Positions 17,433-28,427 of a DNA stretch of 64,000 nucleotides are shown here, piece by piece (position 1 is the first letter of the stretch; each line of letters starts with the position of its first letter). Both the position numbers and the translations under genes were made by a program. The stretch covers positions 32,001-96,000 of the forward strand of contig SCQK01000014.1 in NCBI GenBank assembly GCA_004321885.1, written 5' to 3'. The stretch comes from Patescibacteria group bacterium. GTDB lineage: Bacteria > Patescibacteriota > Patescibacteriia > Magasanikbacterales > GWA2-37-8. The notes under the pieces were generated by a model. It was given only the letters and a program-made list of their open reading frames with translations, did not search any database and was not told the origin of the DNA.

Positions 17433-19151
17433 ATGCTCGCAAGGAAAGAAGACCGCTCGTTAAAAATTATTTCCGGTCTTTTGGTTTTGGCGGCCTTGCT
17501 AATTGTTTGGAAGCTCTTTTTACTGCAGATTTTAAGCAATGATTTTTACGCGGCCTTGGCCCAAAACACGCACGAGATTTACCGCCAGCTCAATCCCAAG
17601 CGCGGCAACATTTATTTTTCCGACGCGCGCGGCCGGGCCGAATATCCGGCCGCCATCAGCCGGCTCTATTATCTGGTTTACGGGGTGCCGCGCGATATTT
17701 CCAGAGCCGACGTCGCTTCCACCGCGGTATATTTAGCCGGCTTGCTCAAATTTGACCCCGACGAAGCCAAAGAGCTGGAGGGTAAATTGAAAAAGGCCGA
17801 CGACCCCTACGAACCGATCGCCTCCAAAGTGGAGATGGATGTGGTAGATAAAATTAAAGACGCGAATTTGAAAGGAATTAATTTTGCCGGCCGCGAGTAT
17901 CGCTATTATCCGGAAAAAAACAGCGCGGCGCATGTGCTTGGGTTTGTGGGCGCAAACGATGTCGGCGATTTGACGGGGCGTTATGGCTTGGAGGGCGCGT
18001 GGGACAGCGAGCTGGCCGGAAGGAGCGGATTTTTGGCCGGTAGCGCCGGAGCCCTGGGCGGCTGGATACCCCTGGCCGGCCGCACCTTAAGAAAGGCGGT
18101 CAACGGCACGGATTTTGTTTTAACGGTTGACCGCGCCCTGCAGTATCGCGCCTGCGATAAATTGCGCGCCGGCTTGGAAGAGTTTAAGGCCAAAAGCGCG
18201 GCTTTGGTACTCATGGAAGCGAAAAGCGGGGCCGTGCTGGCCATGTGCAGTTTGCCGGATTTTGACCCGAACGATTATGGCAGCGTGAAAGATGTTTCTT
18301 ATTTTAACAACACGGCGATTTTCACGGCCTATGAACCGGGTTCGGTTTTCAAGCCCGTTACCATGGCCATTGGATTGGAACTGGGCCTGGTGGAGCCGGA
18401 AACGGTTTTTACGGACCCGGGCGAGCGGGTGATAAATGATTTTAAGATACACAACGCCCTGAACAAGAAATACGGCACGGTAAGCATGACAAAAGTTTTG
18501 GAAAATTCCATCAATACAGGCATGATTTGGGTGGAAGAAAAAATTGGCCCGCTCCGGTTCAAGGAATATGTGGAAAAATTCGGCTTTGGCGCGAAGACCG
18601 GCGTAAACCTGGACACCGAGTCGGCCGGCGATATTTCGTCGTTTGACAAGAAGGCCCCGATTTACAATGCCAACGCCTCGTTTGGCCAGGGATTTACGGC
18701 CACGCCCATTCAGTTGGCCGCGGCTTACGCGGCGCTGGCCACCGGCCGTTTGCCCCGACCCAACGTGCTCAAAGAAACGCGGGCCGAGAACGGCAAGATT
18801 GACCGGCCGGAAAGAGAGAGCGCAGCCGTTATATCGGCGCGCACGCAAAAACTCATTACGGCCATGCTGATTTCCGTGGTGGAAAACGGCAGTGGCTACA
18901 AAAAAGCCAAACTAAACGATTATTTCGCGGCCGGCAAAACCGGCACGGCCCAGATAGCGCGTCAGGGCAAATACGGCGAGGAGAGCAACCATACTTTCGC
19001 CGGTTATTTTCCGGCCACTGACCCCCGTTTTGTGCTGGTGGTAAAATACGAAGCCCCGCAAAGGCAATGGGCCGAATCCACCGCCGCGCCGGTCTTTCGC
19101 GAGGTGGCCAAACTCACGCTTGAATATTTCGGAATCGCGCGCGATAAATAA
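17433..19151 (+). CDS. Penicillin-binding protein transpeptidase (PBP2/FtsI-like)
   Basis: N-terminal TM anchor, SxxK (GSVFKP), SxN (ENSINT), KTGT (AGKTGTAQ). ATG 17433 (the track start 17340 overlaps gpsA). Confidence 0.85.
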   Translation: MLARKEDRSLKIISGLLVLAALLIVWKLFLLQILSNDFYAALAQNTHEIYRQLNPKRGNIYFSDARGRAEYPAAISRLYYLVYGVPRDISRADVASTAVYLAGLLKFDPDEAKELEGKLKKADDPYEPIASKVEMDVVDKIKDANLKGINFAGREYRYYPEKNSAAHVLGFVGANDVGDLTGRYGLEGAWDSELAGRSGFLAGSAGALGGWIPLAGRTLRKAVNGTDFVLTVDRALQYRACDKLRAGLEEFKAKSAALVLMEAKSGAVLAMCSLPDFDPNDYGSVKDVSYFNNTAIFTAYEPGSVFKPVTMAIGLELGLVEPETVFTDPGERVINDFKIHNALNKKYGTVSMTKVLENSINTGMIWVEEKIGPLRFKEYVEKFGFGAKTGVNLDTESAGDISSFDKKAPIYNANASFGQGFTATPIQLAAAYAALATGRLPRPNVLKETRAENGKIDRPERESAAVISARTQKLITAMLISVVENGSGYKKAKLNDYFAAGKTGTAQIARQGKYGEESNHTFAGYFPATDPRFVLVVKYEAPQRQWAESTAAPVFREVAKLTLEYFGIARDK

Positions 19152-19162
19152 TTTTATAACTT

Positions 19163-20458
19163 ATGCTCCGTTCCATTGTTCAATATCTTTTACGTTGGTT
19201 CGCCAAGAAAATCGTAAAAAAATACAAACCCGATATCGTCGGCATTACCGGCTCGGTGGGTAAGACCTCGGCCAAGGAAGCGGCCGCGGCCGTGCTGGCG
19301 CGGCGGTTTTCCGTGCGCCGCACTGTCAAAAATTACAACAATGAGATCGGCGTGCCGCTCACGATTTTAGGTTTTGACAAAACCCCGGGCGCTTCGGTTT
19401 GGGGCTGGTTGAAAGTTTTTAGTCGGGCACTGGCCTTGCTTTTCGCGCGCGACAAAAATTATCCGGATATTTTAGTTTTGGAAATGGGCGCGGACAAGCC
19501 GGGCGACGTGCAGTATCTGGTGGACATGGCCCCGTGCAAAGTGGGCGTGCTGACTTTTATTTCCCACGCGCACACCGAGTTTTTTAAGACCATCAAGAAA
19601 ATCGCCCAGGAAAAGAGGATCATTATTTCGCATTTGAACCGCGACGGTTTCGCCGTGCTGAATTTTGACAGCGAACTCGTCATGCAAAACGCCTCCGCCA
19701 CCAAAGCGGAAATTGTCACCTATGGCTACAAAGAAGGGGCGGATTTGCGCGTGACGGATGTAAATTTGATTAAGGATGAAATTACCGGCTGGCCCACAGG
19801 CATGAATTTCAAGGTCATTTTCAAGGGCAGCGTCATTCCGGTTTTTCTGCCGCGCGCCATTGCCAAAAGTCCGCTCATTTCGGCCGCGGCCTGCGGGCTG
19901 GCCATTGGCACGGTGTTTGGGGTGAATTTGATAGAGGGCTCGCAGGCTTTAAGCGAGCTGGAGCCCCTGGCCGGACACATGTGTCTGCTTCCCGGAATCA
20001 AGGAGACTTTGATTGTTGATGATACGTATAATTCCAGCCCCGAGGCCGTCAAAGCCGCGCTGGAATCCTTGGCCCAGATAAGCATTGGGCTGGAAGGGGC
20101 GCGTTATGCTGTTTTAGGCGATATGCTGGAACTGGGCGCGGAAACCGAAAACGCGCACCGCGAACTGGGCTTTCTGGCGGCCGGGTTGGGGATAGACCAT
20201 TTGTTAACAGTCGGCGTGGCGGCCAAGCATATGGCCGCGGCTGCGCGCGAGGCCGGTCTGAACACGGATAAAATTTTCAGTTTTGACCAATCCGGCGAGG
20301 CTGGCAAATTTTTGCAGGAACGGATGAAAAGAGGAGACGTGATTTTAGTCAAGGGTTCGCAAAGCATGCGCATGGAGCGTATTGTTAAAGAAATCATGGC
20401 CGAGCCGGCCCAGGCCGAGAAGCTTTTGGTGCGCCAGGGCAAAGAATGGCAAAATTGA
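19163..20458 (+). CDS. murF: UDP-N-acetylmuramoyl-tripeptide--D-alanyl-D-alanine ligase
   Basis: VGITGSVGKTSAKE P-loop, NNEIGVPLTILG (MurF signature), DDTYNSSPEA. Confidence 0.75.
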   Translation: MLRSIVQYLLRWFAKKIVKKYKPDIVGITGSVGKTSAKEAAAAVLARRFSVRRTVKNYNNEIGVPLTILGFDKTPGASVWGWLKVFSRALALLFARDKNYPDILVLEMGADKPGDVQYLVDMAPCKVGVLTFISHAHTEFFKTIKKIAQEKRIIISHLNRDGFAVLNFDSELVMQNASATKAEIVTYGYKEGADLRVTDVNLIKDEITGWPTGMNFKVIFKGSVIPVFLPRAIAKSPLISAAACGLAIGTVFGVNLIEGSQALSELEPLAGHMCLLPGIKETLIVDDTYNSSPEAVKAALESLAQISIGLEGARYAVLGDMLELGAETENAHRELGFLAAGLGIDHLLTVGVAAKHMAAAAREAGLNTDKIFSFDQSGEAGKFLQERMKRGDVILVKGSQSMRMERIVKEIMAEPAQAEKLLVRQGKEWQN

Positions 20459-20504
20459 CTTTTGCGCTTCCTTAATATAACATTATCTCCATAACATTTC
20501 CCGT

Positions 20505-22589
20505 ATGCAAAAAACATTAACTGGCGCGGTAAAATTTTTTATTTATCTCACTTTTTTCGTGCCGCTCGTGGTCGTGCCCGGTTCGTTTATCTTTCCCTTT
20601 ATCGTGCCCAAGATTTTGCTCTTGCGCTCGCTCATTATTTTGATGCTGGCGGGCTATATGCTGCTTCTGGCCGTGAATTGGTCAGAATTTCGTCCGCGCC
20701 TCACCGTGCTTAACATCGCCCTGTTGGCTTTTTTCATCAGTTTCGCGATTTCCACTTTCACGGGCGCCGACCCCTACCACAGTTTTTGGGACAATCACGA
20801 GCGCATGCTCGGGTTGTTTACTATTTTTCATTATTTCGCCTACTATTATATTTGCTCCGGCGCGTTAAAGTCGTGGACCGATTGGAAATGGGCCATGAGA
20901 ATTTTCTTACTCGCCGGGTCCATTGTGATGATTGTGGGCCTGGTGCAGACCCAGAATCCCAATTTATTGCTTAACCAGGGTTCGGACCGCGTGGCCAGCA
21001 CCCTGGGTAACCCCATCTATGTCAGCGGCTATGGATTGTTTCTGGCCTTTTTGGCTTTTCTGCTTTTGATGAGGGAAAAAAATAAAATTTGGCAATGGAT
21101 AAATTCCGTTCTGCTGGTTATTTCAATATTGGGCATGTTTTACGGCGGCTCGCGCGGCGCAGTGCTCGGCCTGCTGGTCGGCATTGGGGCCGCGGTGCTG
21201 GGCTATATTATTGTGCTGAAAGAATACAAAAAAACGCGCATTAGTTTGGCGGCCATTGGGCTGGCTGTCGTGCTGGCCGTCGTTGTTTTGTACTTAAACC
21301 GGCAGAGCGCGTTTGTGCAAAAAATTCCAGCCGTGGGTAGAACAGTGAACACGACCTTTACTGTGTTGAAAGACACTCCGCGCTGGCTGGCCTGGGAGCT
21401 GGCCATAGAGAGTTTTTTGGACCGCCCGGTGTTCGGCTGGGGGCCCAATAATTTTTTCTACGCTTTCAACTGGCACTTCCGCGCCCGTTCTTTGGAGTAT
21501 GGCTATGGCGAAACCTGGTTTGACAACGCCCACAATATTATCGTCAACACATTGGCTGTGCAGGGCGCTTTCGGCCTGGCCTCTTACTTGTTTATTTTCG
21601 CTGGCGGCTGGTGGACTTTGTGGCGCGCCTACAAGAAAAATAATCTGAACAAGCACGTGGCGGTCGTGGGCTCGGCCTTTTTGGTGGCGCATCTGGTGCA
21701 AAACATCACGGTGTTTGAAAACCCGACCTCGTATTTGTATTTTATGTTTTGGCTGGCCATGCTCAATAGCCTATCCCTTTCAGCCGCGCCGGCCCTGCAG
21801 TCGGCCAAAGCAGCTGCTGGCAGAACTATCGGCATCGGCGCCCTGTCCGCGGCCGGCGTCGCGGTTTTTATCGTCATTTTTATTTTCAACATCCAGCCGG
21901 CGCGCGCCAACACGAGAACCCTAAACGCGCTGAAAGCGATGAGCATGCTGCAAGACGCCAGGCTTTCGGGGGCGCAGATGACCCAGGTGGCGGAGCGGGT
22001 AATAGAAGCGATGGAGAGCGCGTTGTCCTTTCGTTCGCCGCACATAGACGACATCAGAAGCGACATCGGGCGCACGGCCGGCCAGATACTGGGTTCGCAA
22101 TACCAAAAATTGGACAGGTTATCGGCTACCAGGATTTTTGAACTGGCGTATTCCGAGACCGGAAAAAATTTGAACCTGCACCCGCTGGACATTCGCAATC
22201 ATTTGATTATGTCCCAGCTGGCCCAGACCGGCGCGATGATTTACAATGACGGCTCGTATTTTATCCAGGCTGAAAAGGTTTTGGAAGACGCACTGGCCAA
22301 TTCGCCAAAGCGCCAGCAGATAGCATACAATCTCGCCAACATTAAATTTCAAATTGGGAAAAAAGAAGAAGCGGAGGCATTGTTGCGGCAAACAATAACA
22401 GATGACCCAAAAATCGGGGAGGGTTATTGGCGCCTGGCTTATTTATACAAGCTGTCGGGTGAAATGAAAAAAGCTAAGGCTGTGTTCGCGGAAGCCGAGA
22501 AAAATAACGCCATCGGCGAAGGCGACCGCAACGGCATTTGGTCGCAGATATTGGCCGAAGAGAAAAAACCGGCCGCGATAAAGAAATGA
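20505..22589 (+). CDS. Polytopic membrane protein, O-antigen ligase/polymerase-like (Wzy_C) with C-terminal TPR repeats
   Basis: About 12 TM segments, [16 protein letters not shown] region, C-terminal TPR-like [24 protein letters not shown]...[20 protein letters not shown]. Confidence 0.5.
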   Translation: MQKTLTGAVKFFIYLTFFVPLVVVPGSFIFPFIVPKILLLRSLIILMLAGYMLLLAVNWSEFRPRLTVLNIALLAFFISFAISTFTGADPYHSFWDNHERMLGLFTIFHYFAYYYICSGALKSWTDWKWAMRIFLLAGSIVMIVGLVQTQNPNLLLNQGSDRVASTLGNPIYVSGYGLFLAFLAFLLLMREKNKIWQWINSVLLVISILGMFYGGSRGAVLGLLVGIGAAVLGYIIVLKEYKKTRISLAAIGLAVVLAVVVLYLNRQSAFVQKIPAVGRTVNTTFTVLKDTPRWLAWELAIESFLDRPVFGWGPNNFFYAFNWHFRARSLEYGYGETWFDNAHNIIVNTLAVQGAFGLASYLFIFAGGWWTLWRAYKKNNLNKHVAVVGSAFLVAHLVQNITVFENPTSYLYFMFWLAMLNSLSLSAAPALQSAKAAAGRTIGIGALSAAGVAVFIVIFIFNIQPARANTRTLNALKAMSMLQDARLSGAQMTQVAERVIEAMESALSFRSPHIDDIRSDIGRTAGQILGSQYQKLDRLSATRIFELAYSETGKNLNLHPLDIRNHLIMSQLAQTGAMIYNDGSYFIQAEKVLEDALANSPKRQQIAYNLANIKFQIGKKEEAEALLRQTITDDPKIGEGYWRLAYLYKLSGEMKKAKAVFAEAEKNNAIGEGDRNGIWSQILAEEKKPAAIKK

Positions 22590-22593
22590 CCCT

Positions 22594-23619
22594 ATGAAAA
22601 AAGCGCTTATTACCGGCATTACGGGCCAAGACGGCTCGTATCTGGCGGAATTGCTTTTGGAAAAAGGCTATGAGGCGCACGGCATTATCCGCCGTTCCAG
22701 TTCTTTTAATACCGGGCGCCTGGACCATATTTATCAAGACCCGCATGAAAAAGGAGCGCGTCTTTTTTTGCATTACGGCGACCTTACCGACGGCAGCAAC
22801 ATCAGCCGGATATTGGACAAGGTGCGGCCCGATGAAATTTATAATCTGGGCGCGCAAAGCCATGTGCGCGTCAGTTTTGAGACCCCGGTTTCCACGGCCA
22901 ACGCCGACGCCCTGGGCCCCTTGCGCCTGCTGGACGCCATCAAAGAGGAGGGCCTGAACGTAAAATTTTATCAGGCCGGTTCATCGGAAATGTTCGGCAA
23001 GGTTTTGGAAACCCCGCAGAGAGAAACCACGCCGTTTTATCCGCGCAGTCCGTACGGCTGCGCCAAGGTTTTTGCCCACCATGTCGCCGTGAATTATCGC
23101 GAGTCGTATGGTATGTTTGTGTGCAACGGCATTTTGTTCAACCACGAAAGTCCCCGCCGCGGCGGCACTTTTGTGACCAAAAAAATCACCAACGGTTTGG
23201 CGAATATAAAAGCGGGCCAACAGGAAAAGCTGTATGTCGGTAACCTGGAAGCCCGGCGCGACTGGGGTTTTGCCAAGGAATACGTGGAGGCGATGTGGCT
23301 GATGCTGCAGCAGGAAAAACCGGATGATTTTGTGATTGCCACCGGCGAATCCCACAGCGTGCGCGAGTTTGCCGAAGAGGCGGCGCGTTATTTTGGCATG
23401 GAATTGGAATGGAGCGGCTCGGGTTTGGCCGAAAAAGGCGTGGACAAAAAAACGGGCCAGACCATAATTGAAATTGACCCGCGTTATTTCCGTCCGGCCG
23501 AGGTGGATTTTCTTCTGGGCGATGCCGCCAAGGCCAAAAGAATTTTGGGCTGGGAGCCGAAAGTCAGGTTCAAGGATTTGGTGAAATTGATGTGCGAAGC
23601 CGAGGTTAGCTCACACTAA
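22594..23619 (+). CDS. gmd: GDP-mannose 4,6-dehydratase
   Basis: [46 protein letters not shown]...LHYGDLTD, a classic Gmd N-terminus. 341 aa. Confidence 0.9.
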   Translation: MKKALITGITGQDGSYLAELLLEKGYEAHGIIRRSSSFNTGRLDHIYQDPHEKGARLFLHYGDLTDGSNISRILDKVRPDEIYNLGAQSHVRVSFETPVSTANADALGPLRLLDAIKEEGLNVKFYQAGSSEMFGKVLETPQRETTPFYPRSPYGCAKVFAHHVAVNYRESYGMFVCNGILFNHESPRRGGTFVTKKITNGLANIKAGQQEKLYVGNLEARRDWGFAKEYVEAMWLMLQQEKPDDFVIATGESHSVREFAEEAARYFGMELEWSGSGLAEKGVDKKTGQTIIEIDPRYFRPAEVDFLLGDAAKAKRILGWEPKVRFKDLVKLMCEAEVSSH

Positions 23620-23631
23620 GCATGTTCGCCA

Positions 23632-23907
23632 TTAGGCGACAATACTAACGTATTTCGCCATCTTTAAGTTGCCGTCAAAACGGCGCCTTTTATGAGCGCT
23701 GAATTTTACTTTGCCGGCGGACAAAGCAAAGAGCGTATCGTCTTTGCCTTGGCCCACGTTTTTGCCTGCGTGAAAGCGCGTGCCGCGCTGGCGTACGATA
23801 ATCATGCCCGGTTTGATAGCCTGGCCGTCGTGCATTTTCACGCCCAGCCGCTGGGCGTTTGAGTCGCGGCCCAGCCGCGTGGAGCCGCCCGCTTTTTTAT
23901 GAGACAT
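23632..23907 (-). CDS. rpmA: 50S ribosomal protein L27
   Basis: [29 protein letters not shown]...[26 protein letters not shown]. Confidence 0.9.
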   Translation of the reverse strand: MSHKKAGGSTRLGRDSNAQRLGVKMHDGQAIKPGMIIVRQRGTRFHAGKNVGQGKDDTLFALSAGKVKFSAHKRRRFDGNLKMAKYVSIVA

Positions 23908-23935
23908 ACAAAGTTATTAAAGTTAATTTTGACTT

Positions 23936-23964
23936 ATTGTAGATAAAAAAAGTGATATTGTCAA
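23936..23964 (-). promoter_or_regulatory. Sigma70-like promoter for rpmA (TTGACA-N17-TACAAT on minus strand)
   Basis: Minus-strand TTGACA (plus 23959-23964), 17-nt spacer, TACAAT (plus 23936-23941), about 29 nt upstream of the rpmA start. Confidence 0.4.
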
Positions 23965-24062
23965 GGGGTCTAAAATTTGATAACATTAATAAATCCCCAA
24001 GTCTCAATGCCTAATGCCAATTCGTTTTGGTCATTGGGGTTTGGTCATTGTAATTTTAAGTT

Positions 24063-24416
24063 ATGTTTTACTCGCTCAAGCTTTACAGCCGCGACCCATG
24101 GATTTTTGTCCCGGCTGTTTTGCTCTTGGCCGCGCAGGCGCTGATTTGGTTTTTCCTGCTGACGAGCATCAAGCCCGATTCCGAGCAGATTTTTTTGCAT
24201 TATAATATAATTTTCGGCATTGACCTGGTGGGGGATTGGTGGAAAATATTTTATTTGCCGCTCGCGGGATTGGGGGCACTGGTGTTGAATTACTGCCTGT
24301 CGTTCGCGTTTTACGGCAAGGATAAATTCGTGGCGCGCCTGCTCGTTGGCTGGGCTGTTTTCATACACGTTTTTCTGCTGCTCGCGGCGATATTGCTGTC
24401 GCGGCTAAACGGCTAA
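24063..24416 (+). CDS. Hypothetical small membrane protein
   Basis: 117 aa, 3-4 hydrophobic helices, immediately upstream of SEDS gene. Confidence 0.35.
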   Translation: MFYSLKLYSRDPWIFVPAVLLLAAQALIWFFLLTSIKPDSEQIFLHYNIIFGIDLVGDWWKIFYLPLAGLGALVLNYCLSFAFYGKDKFVARLLVGWAVFIHVFLLLAAILLSRLNG

Positions 24417-24417
24417 T

Positions 24418-25506
24418 ATGCGTCAACGCACGGACCGTTTTTTTCTGGCTTCGGTATTTGTTTTGGTGATTTTCGGCTTGATGGCGCTTACCTCGGCCTC
24501 GGCGCCTTTGGGTTTTGCCAAATTCAACGACAGCTATTTTTTCATCAAAAAACAACTGTTGTTCGGCCTGGCTCCGGGCGTGTTGCTCTTTTTTTTATTG
24601 GCGCACGCGCGCTATGAGATTTGGAAAAAATTGGCCTGGCTCGTGTACGCGTTCTCTATTATATTATTGCTCTTGGTTTTTATTCCGGGCGTTGGTCTGG
24701 TAATCAATGGCGCGCACAGCTGGCTCGGAATTTTTGGTTATACTTTTCAGCCGGCCGAATTCGCCAAGCTGGCGATGATAATAATGCTGGCCGGTCTGCT
24801 GGCCGAGCCGCGTAAAGACTATGCGGATTTCAAAACCGGACTCCTGCCGATTTTAGCGGTTATCGCGCCCATTCCGCTGCTCATTTTGCTTCAGCCCGAC
24901 GTGGGCACCCTCTCCATTGTGGCGGTGATTATTTTTGGCATGCTGTTTGCGGGCGGCATCAGGCGGGCGCATCTCTTTGTTTTGGGCGTTGTGGCTGTTT
25001 TGGGTCTGGTGGCATTGCTGGTCGCGGCGCCCTACCGTGCCACGCGTCTCACCACCTTTTTGCATCCGGAGCTGGACCCAAAAGGCGTGGGCTACCAAAC
25101 AAACCAGGCGCACCTGGCCATCGGCTCCGGCGGCTGGTGGGGTTTGGGGCTGGGGCATTCGCGGCAAAAGTTCCAATATCTGCCTGAGGTGCACGCTGAT
25201 TCCATTTTCGCCATTATCGGCGAAGAGATGGGTTTTATCGCCACCACGATTTTTGTGGTGTTGCTGGCGGTTATCGGTCTAAAAGGTCTTAAAATCGCCC
25301 AAAGGGCGCCCGACCCATTCGGCCGTTTACTTGTCTCGGGCATTATGGTATGGTTTATGTGGCAGTCTTTTTTGAATATTGGCGGCATGGTGGGGCTCTT
25401 GCCTATCACGGGCGTGCCCCTGCCTTTTGTCAGCAGTGGCGGTTCGGCGCTGGTCGTGGCCCTTGCGGCCATGGGCATTGTGGCGAGCGTCAGCAGAAAT
25501 TCGTAA
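24418..25506 (+). CDS. ftsW: SEDS-family peptidoglycan glycosyltransferase (FtsW/RodA)
   Basis: FQPAEFAKLAMII, PDVGT, GSGGWWGLGLGHSRQKFQYLPEVHADSIFAIIGEEMGFI. Confidence 0.75.
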   Translation: MRQRTDRFFLASVFVLVIFGLMALTSASAPLGFAKFNDSYFFIKKQLLFGLAPGVLLFFLLAHARYEIWKKLAWLVYAFSIILLLLVFIPGVGLVINGAHSWLGIFGYTFQPAEFAKLAMIIMLAGLLAEPRKDYADFKTGLLPILAVIAPIPLLILLQPDVGTLSIVAVIIFGMLFAGGIRRAHLFVLGVVAVLGLVALLVAAPYRATRLTTFLHPELDPKGVGYQTNQAHLAIGSGGWWGLGLGHSRQKFQYLPEVHADSIFAIIGEEMGFIATTIFVVLLAVIGLKGLKIAQRAPDPFGRLLVSGIMVWFMWQSFLNIGGMVGLLPITGVPLPFVSSGGSALVVALAAMGIVASVSRNS

Positions 25507-25508
25507 AT

Positions 25509-26513
25509 ATGCGCGTCTTAGTCACCGGCGGGGCAGGATTCATGGGTTCTCATTTCGTAAAATATTTGTTAAAAAATTACCCGGATTACAAGGTGGTGAA
25601 TTTTGATAAGCTGACCTACGCCGGCAACCCGGACAACTTAAAGGAAGTTGAAAAAAATCCCAATTACGTTTTTGTCAAAGGCGATATCTGCGACGCGGGC
25701 GTTTTGGAAAAGGCGATTAAGGACAATAAGATTGAAGCGATTGTAAATTACGCGGCCGAGACCCACGTGGATCGTTCCATCATGGACCCGACGGTTTTTT
25801 TACGCACCGACATCTTTGGCGTTTACAATTTGCTGGAAGCGGTCAGAAAATTCGGTTTGAAAAAAATGGTGCAGATTTCAACGGACGAAGTGTTTGGCAG
25901 CGCGCGCGAGGGGAGCTTCACCGAGGATTCGCCCTTCGCGCCCAACAGCCCCTACGCTTCTTCCAAGGCCGGCGGCGACCATCTGTGCCGCTCTTATTGG
26001 GTTACTTATCAAACGCCGGCGGTGGTCACCCACAGTTGTAATTTTTACGGTTCCAATCAATTCCCTGAAAAAGTGATTCCCTTGTTTATTACTAATCTTT
26101 TGGAGGGTAAAAAAGCGCCGCTTTACGGCGACGGCCAGAATGTGCGCGAATGGATACACACGAGCGATCATTGCGCGGCCGTGGACGCGGTTTTGCACCA
26201 GGCCGAAGCGGGCGCGGTGTACAACATCGGTTCAGGCGACGAAATCAAGAACATTGAATTGGTGGAAAAGATATTGAAAATAATGGGATTGGGAAAAACG
26301 ATGATTGAATACGTGAAAGATCGGCCGGGTCATGACAGACGCTATTCCATCAATCACAAAAAAATCAGCCAAGAGCTGGGCTGGAAGCCGAAGATGTCTT
26401 TTGATGAAGGGCTTAAAGCCACGATTGACTGGTATCGCGCCAATGAGTGGTGGTGGAAGAAATTGAAGAGCGGGGAGTATCTGGAATATTACAAGAAGCA
26501 ATATAGCGTATGA
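25509..26513 (+). CDS. rfbB: dTDP-glucose 4,6-dehydratase
   Basis: MRVLVTGGAGFMGSHFVKYLL, YAAETHVDRSI, YASSKAGGDHL (YxxxK). ATG 25509; the track ORF 25350 is an upstream extension overlapping ftsW. Confidence 0.85.
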   Translation: MRVLVTGGAGFMGSHFVKYLLKNYPDYKVVNFDKLTYAGNPDNLKEVEKNPNYVFVKGDICDAGVLEKAIKDNKIEAIVNYAAETHVDRSIMDPTVFLRTDIFGVYNLLEAVRKFGLKKMVQISTDEVFGSAREGSFTEDSPFAPNSPYASSKAGGDHLCRSYWVTYQTPAVVTHSCNFYGSNQFPEKVIPLFITNLLEGKKAPLYGDGQNVREWIHTSDHCAAVDAVLHQAEAGAVYNIGSGDEIKNIELVEKILKIMGLGKTMIEYVKDRPGHDRRYSINHKKISQELGWKPKMSFDEGLKATIDWYRANEWWWKKLKSGEYLEYYKKQYSV

Positions 26514-27340
26514 AGATTTTAATCATCGGAAATGGATTTTTAGGAAAGCGATGCGCGCAGGAATGGCCCGACGCTTTTTTGTCCGACAAGTTTATAAAGA
26601 CCACGGAAGATGTTTTGACTTTGCTTGACGAGCACCAGCCCGACTCCGTGCTCAACGCGGCCGGAGTAGTAGGCAAGCCCAACGTGGATTGGTGCGAGAC
26701 GCATCAAACTGAGACCATCGCCGGAAACACTATTTTACCTTTGCTTATCGCCGAGGCCTGCCAGAAAAAAGTCGTGTATTTTTTGCATATGGGTACTGGT
26801 TGCGTGTTTTACGGTAAGTCGCCGAAAAGAGGCGGCTGGCGCGAAAATGACTATGCCAATCCAGTGGCTGTCTACACCCGCACCAAATACGCGGCTGATT
26901 TGGCGCTTTCCACTTTGCCCAACATCGGCATCGCGCGTATACGCATGCCCATAGACAGCGTTCCTTCACCGGCCAATCTCGTCACCAAATTGGCGTCGTT
27001 TGAGCAAGTGGTTGACGTGGAAAACAGCGTGACGGTGGTGGATGACATGATAAAAGCATTTCGCGCGTTGTTGGAAAAAAAAGCGGTCGGGATTTTTCAC
27101 GTTACCAATCCGGGCAGTATTAAACACAAAGAAATAATGGCGATGTATAAAGAATTTGTTGATTCGCGGCATACCAACGGGTGGATAAGCGAGCGTGATT
27201 TGGTAAAAACCGGCATCGCGAAAAAAATGCGTTCCAACAACATAATGGCGTCGGAGAATTTGGAGAAACTGGGGATAAAGATGAGGCCGATAAAAGAGGC
27301 GCTAAGGGATACGTTGAAAAAATATGCAAAAAATTTATAG
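26510..27340 (+). CDS. dTDP-4-dehydrorhamnose-reductase-like NAD-dependent sugar reductase/epimerase
   Basis: ILIIGNGFLG...NAAG...VDWCE...YTRTKYAADLAL pattern similar to RfbD. ATGA overlap with rfbB. Confidence 0.55.
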   Translation: MKILIIGNGFLGKRCAQEWPDAFLSDKFIKTTEDVLTLLDEHQPDSVLNAAGVVGKPNVDWCETHQTETIAGNTILPLLIAEACQKKVVYFLHMGTGCVFYGKSPKRGGWRENDYANPVAVYTRTKYAADLALSTLPNIGIARIRMPIDSVPSPANLVTKLASFEQVVDVENSVTVVDDMIKAFRALLEKKAVGIFHVTNPGSIKHKEIMAMYKEFVDSRHTNGWISERDLVKTGIAKKMRSNNIMASENLEKLGIKMRPIKEALRDTLKKYAKNL

Positions 27341-27352
27341 ATTAATTTTTTT

Positions 27353-28426
27353 ATGCAAAATATTTTAGATAATCTGGAAGAAATAAAAAAAATAGACAGC
27401 CAGAATATGCTGGGGAGTTTGGAATTGTTGGGGAAACAGGTGGCGCAGATAGATGGACACGCCAAAGAGGTAAAGATGCCCAAAGCATACGGAGCAGTCA
27501 AAAATATTGTTATTTTGGGTATGGGTGGTTCGGCTTTGGGTGCTGACATAATAAAAAGCGTTTTTAATGATGAATTGAAAGTCCCACTGGAAGCCGCGCG
27601 CGATTATCATTTGCCGGGTTATGTTGACGCGAATTCGTTTGTAGTTGTTTCCAGCTATTCGGGGACAACGGAAGAATGTTTGGCGGGGCTATCCGAAGCA
27701 AAAAAGAAAAAAGCCAAGCTGGCGATAATTTGTTCCGGAGGGGTATTGGCGCAAGAAGCGAAGAAAAACAAAATACCGGCCCTGGTTTTTTCCACGGAAA
27801 ATAATCCCTGTGGCTCGCCGCGCATGGGTTTGGGCTATTCCATCGTCGGCTTGTTGGTTGTTCTTCATAAAGCCGGTCTGGTTGATCTGAAAAATAGCGA
27901 CATAAAAATGATGAAAGATGTGGTGGATAAATATCAAAAAAAATTCAGCGCCAGTTCGCCGGGTTCGTCCAATTTGGCCAAACAATTCGCCGAGAAAACC
28001 CAACGTAAAAGCGTCTGGTTCGTGGCTTCCGAGCATCTGGCCGGCAATGCCCATGTGGCAGCCAATCAGACCAATGAAAACACCAAACGTTTTGGCGGAT
28101 ACTTTCTTATTCCGGAGTTGAACCACCATCTGATGGAAGGAATGATGAACCCGGAAAGCAACAAAGACAATTTGCTGTTCGTATTTTTTGAATCGCTTTT
28201 GTATGACAAGCGCGTGCAAAAGCGCTACGAGGTGAGCAAAGAGGTATTGAACAAAAATAGTGTTCAATGGGTTTCATACGTTTGCGAGGAGAAAGACAGG
28301 TTGTCGCAGGCATGTGAACTTTTAGTATTCAGCGGTTATTTGAGTTTTTATAGCGCGATGCTGGCGGGCATAGACCCGACCGCCATACCGTTCGTGGATT
28401 ATTTTAAGGAGCAGTTGAAAAAGTAG
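27353..28426 (+). CDS. Bifunctional phosphoglucose/phosphomannose isomerase (SIS domain)
   Basis: NIVILGMGGSALGADIIKSVF...VVVSSYSGTTEECLAGL... two SIS-like halves, 357 aa. Confidence 0.65.
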   Translation: MQNILDNLEEIKKIDSQNMLGSLELLGKQVAQIDGHAKEVKMPKAYGAVKNIVILGMGGSALGADIIKSVFNDELKVPLEAARDYHLPGYVDANSFVVVSSYSGTTEECLAGLSEAKKKKAKLAIICSGGVLAQEAKKNKIPALVFSTENNPCGSPRMGLGYSIVGLLVVLHKAGLVDLKNSDIKMMKDVVDKYQKKFSASSPGSSNLAKQFAEKTQRKSVWFVASEHLAGNAHVAANQTNENTKRFGGYFLIPELNHHLMEGMMNPESNKDNLLFVFFESLLYDKRVQKRYEVSKEVLNKNSVQWVSYVCEEKDRLSQACELLVFSGYLSFYSAMLAGIDPTAIPFVDYFKEQLKK

Positions 28427-28427
28427 T

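Noticed and set aside
18120-18848. 242-aa minus-strand ORF antisense to the PBP gene
   Set aside because: Shadow ORF. PBP motifs SxxK/SxN/KTGT are on the + strand.
25350-25508. N-terminal extension of the rfbB ORF overlapping ftsW (track ORF 25350-26513)
   Set aside because: Canonical MRVLVTGGAGFMG Rossmann start coincides with ATG 25509, right after the ftsW stop. The upstream extension is out-of-context and Arg/Gly-rich.
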